64,000 nucleotides of DNA, from positions 224,001 through 288,000 of the forward strand of contig NZ_CP157522.1 of NCBI RefSeq assembly GCF_049075655.1, read 5' to 3'. The DNA comes from Methanothermococcus sp. Ax23 (GTDB taxonomy: Archaea > AGJL01 > Methanococci > Methanococcales > Methanococcaceae). Below are positions 1 through 9,236 of the stretch, one piece after another; positions within the stretch are counted from its first letter, which is position 1, and each line of letters opens with the position of its first letter. The translations under genes and the position numbers were made by a program. A model generated the notes under the pieces. It ran no database searches, was not told the DNA's origin, and saw nothing but the letters and a program-made list of their open reading frames with translations.

Positions 1-173
1 ATTCCAAAATCCATGCCCTGCTTAAAAAATGCTACCAGTAATTCATTACTTAAATATTTTATGGTAAAATCCATGGATTTAAGTGCAGCATTTATGTCAT
101 CTATTTTATATTCATATTCGTAACTACTCCTCCCAACTATGTCCTGTATTCTATGATTAAAATTAATTCCCAT
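1..173 (-). CDS. Partial hypothetical protein, 5' part only (MGINFNHRIQDIVGRSSYEY...), downstream of earA
   Basis: ATG at 173 preceded by a GGTGA RBS that overlaps the earA stop; the frame stays open to the window edge. Confidence 0.6.
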   Translation of the reverse strand, partial: MGINFNHRIQDIVGRSSYEYEYKIDDINAALKSMDFTIKYLSNELLVAFFKQGMDFG

Positions 174-177
174 AATA

Positions 178-510
178 TCACCACTTATCAATTGAATCAT
201 AATCTTTTAGGTATTCAACAACATTTTTTCCATAATTAGTTATTACATAGATTTTCATGCCTGCTTCATCGATACACTCAACAAGACCCATCTCAATTAA
301 TGAATAACTCCCATTGTATCGATTCCCCATTCCTTTTAGACATCCCAATACATTGCTAGGGTCTGAACCCACCCATCTCGAGAGCTCTGAAAGATATACT
401 CCCTGCGGGTGTATTTTATATAGGAAAAATAATATTTTTTTTCTTAATTTGCTTTTGTTTAATGACCTCAATATTGTGGGGTTGATAAATATCATATCTT
501 TTGCCATCAT
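178..510 (-). CDS. earA: Archaellum operon transcriptional activator, EarA family (winged helix)
   Basis: LRSLNKSKLRKKIL...YLSELSR...SDPSNVLGCLKG..NRY...SLIEMGLVE pattern matches EarA (MMP1718-type); GGTG RBS. Confidence 0.85.
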   Translation of the reverse strand: MMAKDMIFINPTILRSLNKSKLRKKILFFLYKIHPQGVYLSELSRWVGSDPSNVLGCLKGMGNRYNGSYSLIEMGLVECIDEAGMKIYVITNYGKNVVEYLKDYDSIDKW

Positions 511-670
511 GCCGTCACACCTGAAGAGTATTATTTCTTAATAACATTATAATTCATATGCATACGATATTATTATGATTATAACATAGGTTAATGTCAT
601 AGGTTATAAACCGATAATTATGATATAATTTATGATAATATAATAAATATGAATAAAATTGGAGATAATA

Positions 671-3205
671 TCAGGCTGCCGAAAATACTGTGGATATTAA
701 ATTCCTTATAATTGAATAAATGCTTTCAAATACACTTTTTTTAGCAGTATTGTTAATATTTTCAGGTATTGTATGATTATTTAACTCAGATGTTGAATGA
801 TTATCTACGCTATTGTTGTTAATTACAGAAGGTGGTGTAATGCTGATATTGTTGTTTTTAACAACACCTCCTTTTTTAACAATATTTTTACTTTTTTCTA
901 AAACCATTGGGTAATATGCCCCATTATCTTTGATAAAATTGGGTATTTCTACATAAAGCTTTAAAGTATAATTTCCTTCATCCAAATCCCTCAATTTTAC
1001 ATTAATATGTTTAATTTCTAGAGGATGTATCATTTCAGAGTGTGCTTCACTTTTAAATACTGATACATTGTCTTTAATTAACTCAATCCAATAATTATAA
1101 TGTATATTGACTGGAAATGCATCGACGGAATCAGAAACTATCTCTGCATGAATCTGGGAATTGTTGTAGGTCAGATTTGTTATGGATAAGGGTGCCACTA
1201 CCTTAATGGGCTTGGTAATAATAGGAGTGGCATTGGAAAGATTATCCCATATTGCGGTTGGAATTGCATAAAACAAAATATGTCCTTCAAACCCCTCATT
1301 AAACTTAATTTTGAAATCAATGGTTTTAAGTCCATTTGGTGGAATATATACTACCCTTTTTGGAGTAGTCGTTTTCACATATCCATCACCCCTCACAACC
1401 TCAATCCAAGTTAAACATTCAATTTTTTCATTTAGTGGATTATTCAATGTAGCTACAAATGTATTATAACATCCCGCCACAGGATAGTGTCTAAACACGG
1501 GATTTTCATTGATAACAGCAATTTTAGGTCTTAGTGTATCATTATAATCTAGTTCAGCTTTTATATTATGTGCATTAAAATGAATAGTTTTAGAAAATTC
1601 TGCCAATGCATCATCTGTTTTTACAAAGAATTGCACATCTCCATTAGCTCCAGTATTAAATGATATTGGAATTGAAATGGTCTTTTCCGCATGAGCTCCT
1701 AATGTAAATGGAACATCTGAAATGTAATTTACAACCCCTTCTTTAAAATCATCTTTAAGAATGAGATTTCCAGAGAGGGTTTTATTATATTTATTTACCA
1801 ATGTTATTTTCATTATGTATGTTCTTCCAACCAATATATCTGCATAGTTGTTAGTTAGCACATAACTCCTATTATCATAAGAATATGTAATATTTTTTAT
1901 CCTTACAACTGGAATTTTCTCAGGATTTATATTAAGATTTTTAGTTTCAATATATGTATAGGTTCCAGCTGAACAGATTACAATTTTAATCTGTTTATTT
2001 CCAGTATAGTTAATATAGCAAGGAATATAAACATCTTTAGTTTCAAAACTGCTCATATTTACATTCTCAGTAGCGGTCCCCATATCATTTTCAATCGATA
2101 TGGTTCCAAATGTTATACCATCGAATCTATTTTTTAATGTTAATTTAACAATCGCCAAATAAGGATCAGTTTTTAAATACGCCCTTGGTATAACATTATC
2201 TTTGTTATAATAACTGTAATGGTCTATCATCTTTTTTAATTCATCGTCTTCAATGTTTGAATCTTTATAAAACTTTCTTAAAATATCCGCAGTAGTTTTA
2301 TTAATATTGGTGACTACCTCAAAATTCGTCAAAGATATTGGATAAAAAAATTTCTTATCAGATTTATTGCGAGAATATATTATATTTAAATTATCGCTCC
2401 CCGTTATTTCAGTATTTGCAGGACCATCCGCGTAATCATGAACCCCCATCACATCGGTATGGACCTGAATTTTTATTGCATCGGCATCCTGGACCACTGG
2501 AGGAATCTTGAAAGATACTTCGGATTCACCATATTTTGGAACATATATTAATTTACTATCATTTTCACCATAATATAGAACTCCCGCATCATTTTTATTC
2601 TTACTTGCATCTTTATTATAATCCTGAGATACTACTGCAATCCATGTTTTAACCATGTAATCTGACTGAGAATACTTATTATTTTTTAAACTAATTTTAA
2701 ACCATGGAGAATTACATACTTCAATATTTGGATTGGATTCATTAACGTATGAATCACTGCATGTTATATTTTCAATATCAATTGGATTGGCAACATATAT
2801 CGTCGTTGATTTAGATGTCAATATATTCCCATTTTCATCTAATACTGATACATATATTTTATGAGGGCCAAATTCCTCAAATTTTAATTTTGCATTTATC
2901 ACCTCCCCCTTGTTTGGGCTCGGCGGCATAGATATTATTGGAGATTGCCATGATATTCCTTCATCTGATTTAATATCTAGAATAATATTATGCTGGTATG
3001 TGTCATGATTAACAACTGCAACACAAATATTAGGGAAGATGCCTACGTCGATATAATATCCACCATATTCCCCATTCAGACCTATAAGAGTATTTGATGT
3101 CCAAATATTAGATACTTCAATATTATTTCCATATAATCCATGAATACCGCCAATTAGAATCCCTATAATTATTATATAATGTATTTTTTTCATGGTGTCC
3201 CTCAA
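671..3205 (-). CDS. Large secreted/surface protein with beta-rich (Ig/CARDB-like) modules, function unknown
   Basis: N-terminal hydrophobic signal, 844 aa with beta-strand pattern, N/S/T-rich linker and amphipathic C-terminus. Confidence 0.7.
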   Translation of the reverse strand: MRDTMKKIHYIIIIGILIGGIHGLYGNNIEVSNIWTSNTLIGLNGEYGGYYIDVGIFPNICVAVVNHDTYQHNIILDIKSDEGISWQSPIISMPPSPNKGEVINAKLKFEEFGPHKIYVSVLDENGNILTSKSTTIYVANPIDIENITCSDSYVNESNPNIEVCNSPWFKISLKNNKYSQSDYMVKTWIAVVSQDYNKDASKNKNDAGVLYYGENDSKLIYVPKYGESEVSFKIPPVVQDADAIKIQVHTDVMGVHDYADGPANTEITGSDNLNIIYSRNKSDKKFFYPISLTNFEVVTNINKTTADILRKFYKDSNIEDDELKKMIDHYSYYNKDNVIPRAYLKTDPYLAIVKLTLKNRFDGITFGTISIENDMGTATENVNMSSFETKDVYIPCYINYTGNKQIKIVICSAGTYTYIETKNLNINPEKIPVVRIKNITYSYDNRSYVLTNNYADILVGRTYIMKITLVNKYNKTLSGNLILKDDFKEGVVNYISDVPFTLGAHAEKTISIPISFNTGANGDVQFFVKTDDALAEFSKTIHFNAHNIKAELDYNDTLRPKIAVINENPVFRHYPVAGCYNTFVATLNNPLNEKIECLTWIEVVRGDGYVKTTTPKRVVYIPPNGLKTIDFKIKFNEGFEGHILFYAIPTAIWDNLSNATPIITKPIKVVAPLSITNLTYNNSQIHAEIVSDSVDAFPVNIHYNYWIELIKDNVSVFKSEAHSEMIHPLEIKHINVKLRDLDEGNYTLKLYVEIPNFIKDNGAYYPMVLEKSKNIVKKGGVVKNNNISITPPSVINNNSVDNHSTSELNNHTIPENINNTAKKSVFESIYSIIRNLISTVFSAA

Positions 3206-3361
3206 TGGATAAATAACTTAATATAAAATAAATTAAAAATAAAGACCCATATATAATATAACTTGTTCAATTTATATTATTTAAATATAATAGTGTATGT
3301 GTATATGTAGGTTATATTATAATCGGAGAATATGGGTAATTAAACCAAAAAAGGTGATTTA

Positions 3362-5539
3362 ATGAAGTTAAAATATCCTAGCTTGATTCTTTGCATGATT
3401 TTTTTACTAATGAATGCAGGATATGCCCTAAATTACAAATGGACATCAACAATACCTGTTGAATTTGTCCCACTTTCAAGTATTGATAATCAAACACAGT
3501 TGGAATATTATTTAAATAAGCATAATATTGTTGTTTTTTATATGGATGAAAAATATAGTATAAAAAGTAACGATTGGATACTATATAAATTTAATATTAC
3601 AAGAGTTAGCCCAGACAAAATTCCAGACTATGGAAATTACACACTCGTAAGTAGTAATGGGGTTGTTGTATTATATCCCGAAAATAGTGTATATCGTGAT
3701 AAAGATGGGGCATTGATATACAATACACCAATGCCAGTAAATGATGTAGAATATAAAATTCAACATGTTCCCCCAGTGAAACAGGAGAAGAATAGTATAA
3801 TCCCAGATTATTATGATTATGTATTAATAAATAACGGAACATTTATCATATATCCTCAAAAATACATAACAAGGGACGACGATGGTGCATTAATTTATAA
3901 TCCTCCATTAAAACAAAATAATAGTAAAGAATACAAGATATCATATGGGAAGCATATTAATGAAAAAGTAATCCCAAATTATTATGATTATGTATTTGTA
4001 AATCAAAATAATGTTTTTGTTATATATCCTCAAAAATACATAACAAAGAACAAAGACGGTGCAATAATATACAATCCGCCATTAGATATTAAAAACGATA
4101 ATATTCCAATATATAATGTTAGCACTAAATTAATAGATGCAGAAAAAGGAGTTTATGAAATCAAACCTAAAAAAATATTGATAACGCACCCAATAAATCC
4201 AGATGACAAAAATATTTTGGATTTCATTGGATATTATGTTTCAGAAAATAACGGGACATTTGCATATATAAACAAAGTTCCACCACACTACAAACATGTT
4301 CTCATTAACGGAATAGTGGTTCAAAATGCCATCCCTGATAAAAACGGAGACTATGCAGTAGATGTTGCAGGGAGAAAGATAAAAGTCGATTTAAGAGATG
4401 ATGATTTAATAAATAAAAAGATAAAAACAGTAAAAGGACTCTCGGAGATTTTAAATATAAATGCAACCTATATATCAACAGGTTCAGAAAATTTAAAGGT
4501 TATTAAAAAAGAAAACCCTGATAAGAATGAATTGGATGCATTGTTAAATGAATATTGGTTTAAAAAATGGTATAATGATGAATATTACCATACATACTAC
4601 AACCCATCAAATATTAAAAACAATTACAATGCCAAAGATTTTGACGTATTGGCCATGAGCTATTATCCGATAATATACACCGATAAAGCACCTGAAACTT
4701 TCCAAAATGACCCAAAAGGTGGATATTACCCAGAGGTTATAAGTTATAAAGGAACTGATGATATTGGATACTGGGAAAAAGGGGTAAAATCCGATAATAA
4801 ATATTATTATTACGATAAAAATGAACCCCATTGGAATGATAACGATAAATATGTAAGTAATTGGTATTATGAAGGAAAATCCGTTTCGCCTGCAAATGAT
4901 TCTGAAATGAACGATAAATACAAATATTTCAACCAATGGTTTGTTAAAAATTATGGCTATGCAGTAAGTGAAGGTGTTGATGGATTGCTTTTAACATCTA
5001 ATGATAAAAACCTGGTTGATGCAGTGTTTGGAAAAGAAAATAATAATATATCGTGGAAACTTGCCATGGATGGCAAACTAAGTTATGTTGTAATCCCTGA
5101 TTACAAAGGAGTTTCAAAGGAAAATAACATAACAATAGTAAAAATCCCTGGATTAACCAATGACCTATATGGCATGCATTATATCAAAGAATACTATATC
5201 CCCCCAAAGGACGAAGAATTTGGAGTTTATGTGGCAGATATTGTGGAATATAACGTCAGCAAAATATATATGTTAAAGAATAACTATACGTGGATTTGTT
5301 CATTTAAAAATTATGCAGATTGGATAAATAATTATATGTATAGCAACATTAAAATAGTAAATAGCACCATAATAATTGCAAAATCTAACAATCCCATAAA
5401 AATAACTATTTACAAAAAAGGAACAAATATTACCTCCCCCGACCTGTTAAAAATACCAATGGAAGAATACGATAAGAATTCAAATAAAATAATATTATAT
5501 TGTTTTTCCAACGGGAGCTCTACAATAAAATTAAGTTAA
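3362..5539 (+). CDS. Secreted hypothetical protein with three internal ~40-aa repeats
   Basis: Signal peptide; three copies of IPxYxxY...YPxxx...DGAxIYNxP; GGTGA RBS. Confidence 0.7.
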   Translation: MKLKYPSLILCMIFLLMNAGYALNYKWTSTIPVEFVPLSSIDNQTQLEYYLNKHNIVVFYMDEKYSIKSNDWILYKFNITRVSPDKIPDYGNYTLVSSNGVVVLYPENSVYRDKDGALIYNTPMPVNDVEYKIQHVPPVKQEKNSIIPDYYDYVLINNGTFIIYPQKYITRDDDGALIYNPPLKQNNSKEYKISYGKHINEKVIPNYYDYVFVNQNNVFVIYPQKYITKNKDGAIIYNPPLDIKNDNIPIYNVSTKLIDAEKGVYEIKPKKILITHPINPDDKNILDFIGYYVSENNGTFAYINKVPPHYKHVLINGIVVQNAIPDKNGDYAVDVAGRKIKVDLRDDDLINKKIKTVKGLSEILNINATYISTGSENLKVIKKENPDKNELDALLNEYWFKKWYNDEYYHTYYNPSNIKNNYNAKDFDVLAMSYYPIIYTDKAPETFQNDPKGGYYPEVISYKGTDDIGYWEKGVKSDNKYYYYDKNEPHWNDNDKYVSNWYYEGKSVSPANDSEMNDKYKYFNQWFVKNYGYAVSEGVDGLLLTSNDKNLVDAVFGKENNNISWKLAMDGKLSYVVIPDYKGVSKENNITIVKIPGLTNDLYGMHYIKEYYIPPKDEEFGVYVADIVEYNVSKIYMLKNNYTWICSFKNYADWINNYMYSNIKIVNSTIIIAKSNNPIKITIYKKGTNITSPDLLKIPMEEYDKNSNKIILYCFSNGSSTIKLS

Positions 5540-5569
5540 ATTCCAATAATTATAACATATGGTGATTTT

Positions 5570-6349
5570 ATGAAAATAGGATTTTATAATATACAGGGAG
5601 GCACGGGAAAAACCACCATTGCTACAAATATGGCTTATTACCTTAGTGATAGGATAAAAACCATATATATAGACTGCGATATATTTGGGGGCAATGGGGC
5701 ATTATTATTTGGGCTCGAAAATAACCCCAATACCTTAAATGCATATTTGGATAGAGAATGCAGTTTGGATGATATTATTCATGAACATGATAATTTATCA
5801 ATTATCGTTTGTGATACAACCCCAAATGCATTTAATACAGACATAGACCAGAAAAAATTTTTAGATGTCATAAGATTCGCAGATGAACATTATGATGTTG
5901 TTATACTTGATTTGCCACCAAATATCACCGAAGGTAATATATTATTCTCCAATGAGAATGTATTAAATAAAATGATAGTGGTGGCAGAGGATAGTATTCC
6001 AGGAATTGCAAATACTCTTAAAACTATTGAATTATTGCATGCCCTTAGTATTGAAATTGTGGGGACTATTGTAAATAAAGATAGAAGTATTGTAGATTTT
6101 GAGGATATATTGGATAATGTTATGGCCATACTCCCATATGATAAAAAAGTTGAATATCAATGGCTGGATGGAGTCCCAATTATAAAAAAACGGTCAGCAT
6201 TTGGAAAGGAACTAAGTTTTTTAGCTGATGAACTAACTGAAGCATATATAGAAAAAGATTTGGCTACTTTGAGAGCTCTAAAAATAGCAAAAGAATTTAG
6301 GAGCTCTATTATTGGAAATGATGATAACCGTAAATTTGATGAATTTTAA
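5570..6349 (+). CDS. MinD/ParA-family P-loop ATPase
   Basis: Deviant Walker A QGGTGKTT, IDCD, YDVVILDLPP, IVNK. Confidence 0.85.
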   Translation: MKIGFYNIQGGTGKTTIATNMAYYLSDRIKTIYIDCDIFGGNGALLFGLENNPNTLNAYLDRECSLDDIIHEHDNLSIIVCDTTPNAFNTDIDQKKFLDVIRFADEHYDVVILDLPPNITEGNILFSNENVLNKMIVVAEDSIPGIANTLKTIELLHALSIEIVGTIVNKDRSIVDFEDILDNVMAILPYDKKVEYQWLDGVPIIKKRSAFGKELSFLADELTEAYIEKDLATLRALKIAKEFRSSIIGNDDNRKFDEF

Positions 6350-6422
6350 TGTTAAGATTAACGCTGCATTTAATACTATTAACCTAATATTAATAAAAAT
6401 AAATTACATGATGGTGGAATAG

Positions 6423-7250
6423 GTGCTAACAAAAAGAATTATTCCATGCTTGGATATAAAAGAAGGAAGAGTTGTAAAAGGAACAAATTTTGTTGAGTTA
6501 AGGGACGCGGGTGACCCCGTAGAGCTCTCAAAAATATACAATGAACAGGGTGCAGATGAGCTCGTGTTTTTAGACATTACTGCATCATATGAAAAAAGAG
6601 ATATATTAATAGATTTAGTAGAAAGGACAGCAGAGCAGGTATTTATCCCCTTAACAGTTGGTGGAGGTATAAAAACTGTCGATGATTTTAGAAGAATACT
6701 CAGGGCAGGGGCTGATAAAATATCTATAAATACTGCTGCGGTTAAAAATCCTGCATTGATTAGAGAAGCTAGTGAAATATTCGGTTCTCAGTGTGTAGTT
6801 GTAGCTATTGACGTAAAAAGAAACTACGTTGATGAAGATAAACTTGAATCCAAAGATTTGGAAGATAAAAATATCGTAAAAATTGACAAAAATAAATACT
6901 GCTGGTTTGAAGTCTATATCTATGGAGGTAGGAAAGGAACAGGCATTGATGCTATTGAATGGGGTAAGGAAGTGGAGGAGCTCGGTGCAGGGGAGATACT
7001 TTTAACCAGTATGGATGCAGATGGAACAAAAGAAGGTTATGATATTGAACTAACAAAATCAATGTCAATGAATGTAAAACTTCCAGTAATAGCAAGTGGT
7101 GGTTGCGGAGCTCTTGAACATATCTATGATGCATTCGAGTATGGGAAAGCGGATGCAGCACTGATGGCTAGCATACTGCATTATAGGGAATATACTGTTC
7201 AGGAGATAAAGGAATATTTATTAAAAAAGAGTATTCCTGTTAGATTATAA
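6423..7250 (+). CDS. hisF: Imidazole glycerol phosphate synthase cyclase subunit
   Basis: [40 protein letters not shown]. Confidence 0.97.
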   Translation: MLTKRIIPCLDIKEGRVVKGTNFVELRDAGDPVELSKIYNEQGADELVFLDITASYEKRDILIDLVERTAEQVFIPLTVGGGIKTVDDFRRILRAGADKISINTAAVKNPALIREASEIFGSQCVVVAIDVKRNYVDEDKLESKDLEDKNIVKIDKNKYCWFEVYIYGGRKGTGIDAIEWGKEVEELGAGEILLTSMDADGTKEGYDIELTKSMSMNVKLPVIASGGCGALEHIYDAFEYGKADAALMASILHYREYTVQEIKEYLLKKSIPVRL

Positions 7251-7454
7251 TTTGTTTCCAACTGACACGAGCAATAGCGAGGGAAGTATTTTTTATATTA
7301 TTTTATTTTGAATTATTTTACTTAACTATAAAATTATCATCACTCTTTTTTTATAGTGAAATGAGATATGTATATATATTAAATTTTTTAAAAAAATTAT
7401 AAAATTATAAAAGAAAATATTATATTAATACCATCATAAAAAAGGAGGAAAACT

Positions 7455-8165
7455 ATGGCAAAAAGTAGTTCAAAATCATCATCTGATGTGGAAAATGCAA
7501 AATTTATGGTAGCAAAAGAAGCGGCAAATCTTATAAAAGATGGAATGATTGTAGGCCTTGGTTCAGGCTCTACTGCAAATTTGTTCATAAGAGAGCTCGG
7601 AAGAAGAGTGGTAGAAGAGGAATTAAGTATATTTGGAATACCAACTTCATTTGAATCTAGAATGCTTGCTATTCAATATGGAATTCCTTTGGTTTCACTT
7701 GATGAATATGGTGAAATAGATATTGCTGTTGATGGTGCTGATGAAGTTGATAAGGAATCACTCTGTCTTATAAAAGGGGGCGGAGGATGCCATACAAGAG
7801 AAAAAATAATAGATTACTGTGCAAAGGAATTTGTGGTTATGGTGGATGAAAATAAGATTGTAGATTTATTGGGCGACAAAACACCAGTTCCATTAGAGGT
7901 TTTACCTTTTGCATATTCCACCGTTTTAAATGAATTATTAAAAAGAAATGCCGCACCATCAATAAGAATGGCTGATAGAAAAATGGGCCCAGTAATTACA
8001 GATAATGGAAATATGATTATAGATGTATTTATTGACCTAAAAAATCCCGAAGAAGTTGAAAGAGAATTAAACAATATTCCAGGAGTTATAGAAAATGGAA
8101 TATTTACAAAAGTAGATAAGGTTCTTGTTGGAAGCCCAAAAAAAGTTAAAATATTGAGTAAATAA
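7455..8165 (+). CDS. rpiA: Ribose-5-phosphate isomerase A
   Basis: GLGSGST, DGADE, IKGGGG, PVITDNGN, GVIENGIF. Confidence 0.97.
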   Translation: MAKSSSKSSSDVENAKFMVAKEAANLIKDGMIVGLGSGSTANLFIRELGRRVVEEELSIFGIPTSFESRMLAIQYGIPLVSLDEYGEIDIAVDGADEVDKESLCLIKGGGGCHTREKIIDYCAKEFVVMVDENKIVDLLGDKTPVPLEVLPFAYSTVLNELLKRNAAPSIRMADRKMGPVITDNGNMIIDVFIDLKNPEEVERELNNIPGVIENGIFTKVDKVLVGSPKKVKILSK

Positions 8166-8194
8166 TTTTAATTATATTTTATATGTTTTTATAT

Positions 8195-8506
8195 TCTTAG
8201 GTCATGCAATTGGTTTCATTTGTTTCAAAGTATATCATTTGATAGTTCAAATTAACCAATTGATTTATAAGTCTCATTGCTGGTTTCGTTGCCGTCCCCA
8301 ACTCGACTTATGGGGTGAGACCCGCACCCTCCTACCCGCTACTGGATTCGCGGTTCGCTTGCGTTAGCAACGACATAAAACCTTTCGGTTTTAAGTTTTC
8401 CTTCGCTACTCGACGAAAATCTAAAAGATTTTCGGGAGTCATCGAATTCTTCGAATTCGATTCGACGCTTGGAAATGCAATGAAATGCGAAGCATTTCAT
8501 CTAATT
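8195..8506. repeat. GC-rich intergenic cluster of nested palindromes (repeat element or structured RNA remnant)
   Basis: Hairpins at 8207-8262, 8271-8321, 8376-8393, 8414-8434, 8441-8461 and 8480-8500; the last resembles modules at 23553 and 57404. Confidence 0.7.
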
Positions 8507-8688
8507 GCTTACTTTGTATAATTTTTCATTTAAAGTCGGAAGAAATAGTATTAAAGTGATACTTACTATAAAACATAGTTCGTAATAAGTATTTAAAACT
8601 TATGGTATTATTATTTAACAATATTTGAAACATTTGGTTAAAAGTGTGTATGATATTTTTTAGGATAGAATATATTATTGGTGGTTAA

Positions 8689-8895
8689 ATGGAAAGTCTT
8701 TTGAGTAAAAGCCCGGGCACATATACCGTTGTAAAAATAGCAAGCCCATGCAAAAAATTCCATGAGCTCGGCATAATTCCTGGTTCTAAAATAACAGTGA
8801 TTTCTTCAAATAAAAGGGGACCTATACTTGTAAGAATAGGAAATTGCAAAATAGCCATAGGAAGGGGCATGGCAAATTCTATACTTGTGGAATAA
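8689..8895 (+). CDS. feoA: Ferrous iron transport protein A
   Basis: ELGIIPGSKITV...GPILVRIG..KIAIGRG; upstream of feoB. Confidence 0.92.
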   Translation: MESLLSKSPGTYTVVKIASPCKKFHELGIIPGSKITVISSNKRGPILVRIGNCKIAIGRGMANSILVE

Positions 8896-8955
8896 TCTTA
8901 TATATTATAATAATTTATTTAATCATAATTAAACATTTTAAACTCACTAAAATAT

Positions 8956-9222
8956 ATGGGGAAATATATGAATAAATATATGAATAAATCGAAAACTGTA
9001 AAATCAAATATTTTTAAACTTGACAAAACCCCTTCGAGGTTTTATAAGTTCGACAAAAACCAAAGGAATTTGTCTCAATCAGCGAATCCTTTGGATTCGC
9101 TTCGAAAACATTTAAACCATATTTTAAAATATATTATTAAACACTCATGCTCCTGCTGTTCAAATAAAGATAGGTGTGAAACATACATAAAATATTATAA
9201 AGAAAAAGATAATAATAGATGA
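8956..9222 (+). CDS. Small Cys-rich Feo-associated protein carrying a repeat-derived in-frame insert
   Basis: C-terminal CSCCSNKDRC; lies between feoA and feoB; 9021-9113 matches a dispersed repeat. Confidence 0.5.
   Translation: MGKYMNKYMNKSKTVKSNIFKLDKTPSRFYKFDKNQRNLSQSANPLDSLRKHLNHILKYIIKHSCSCCSNKDRCETYIKYYKEKDNNR
9021..9113 (+). repeat. Dispersed palindromic repeat, copy 1
   Basis: Shares TAAGTTCGACAAAAACCAAAGG (22/22) and similar flanks with 42461-42543 on the minus strand. Confidence 0.8.
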
Positions 9223-9236
9223 ATAGATGAAATGGT

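Noticed and set aside
585-606. Direct repeat CATAGGTTA x2 upstream of earA
   Set aside because: Only two short copies; cannot be distinguished from chance without comparative data
8315-8521. 68-aa ORF
   Set aside because: Lies wholly in the palindromic cluster; no recognisable protein features
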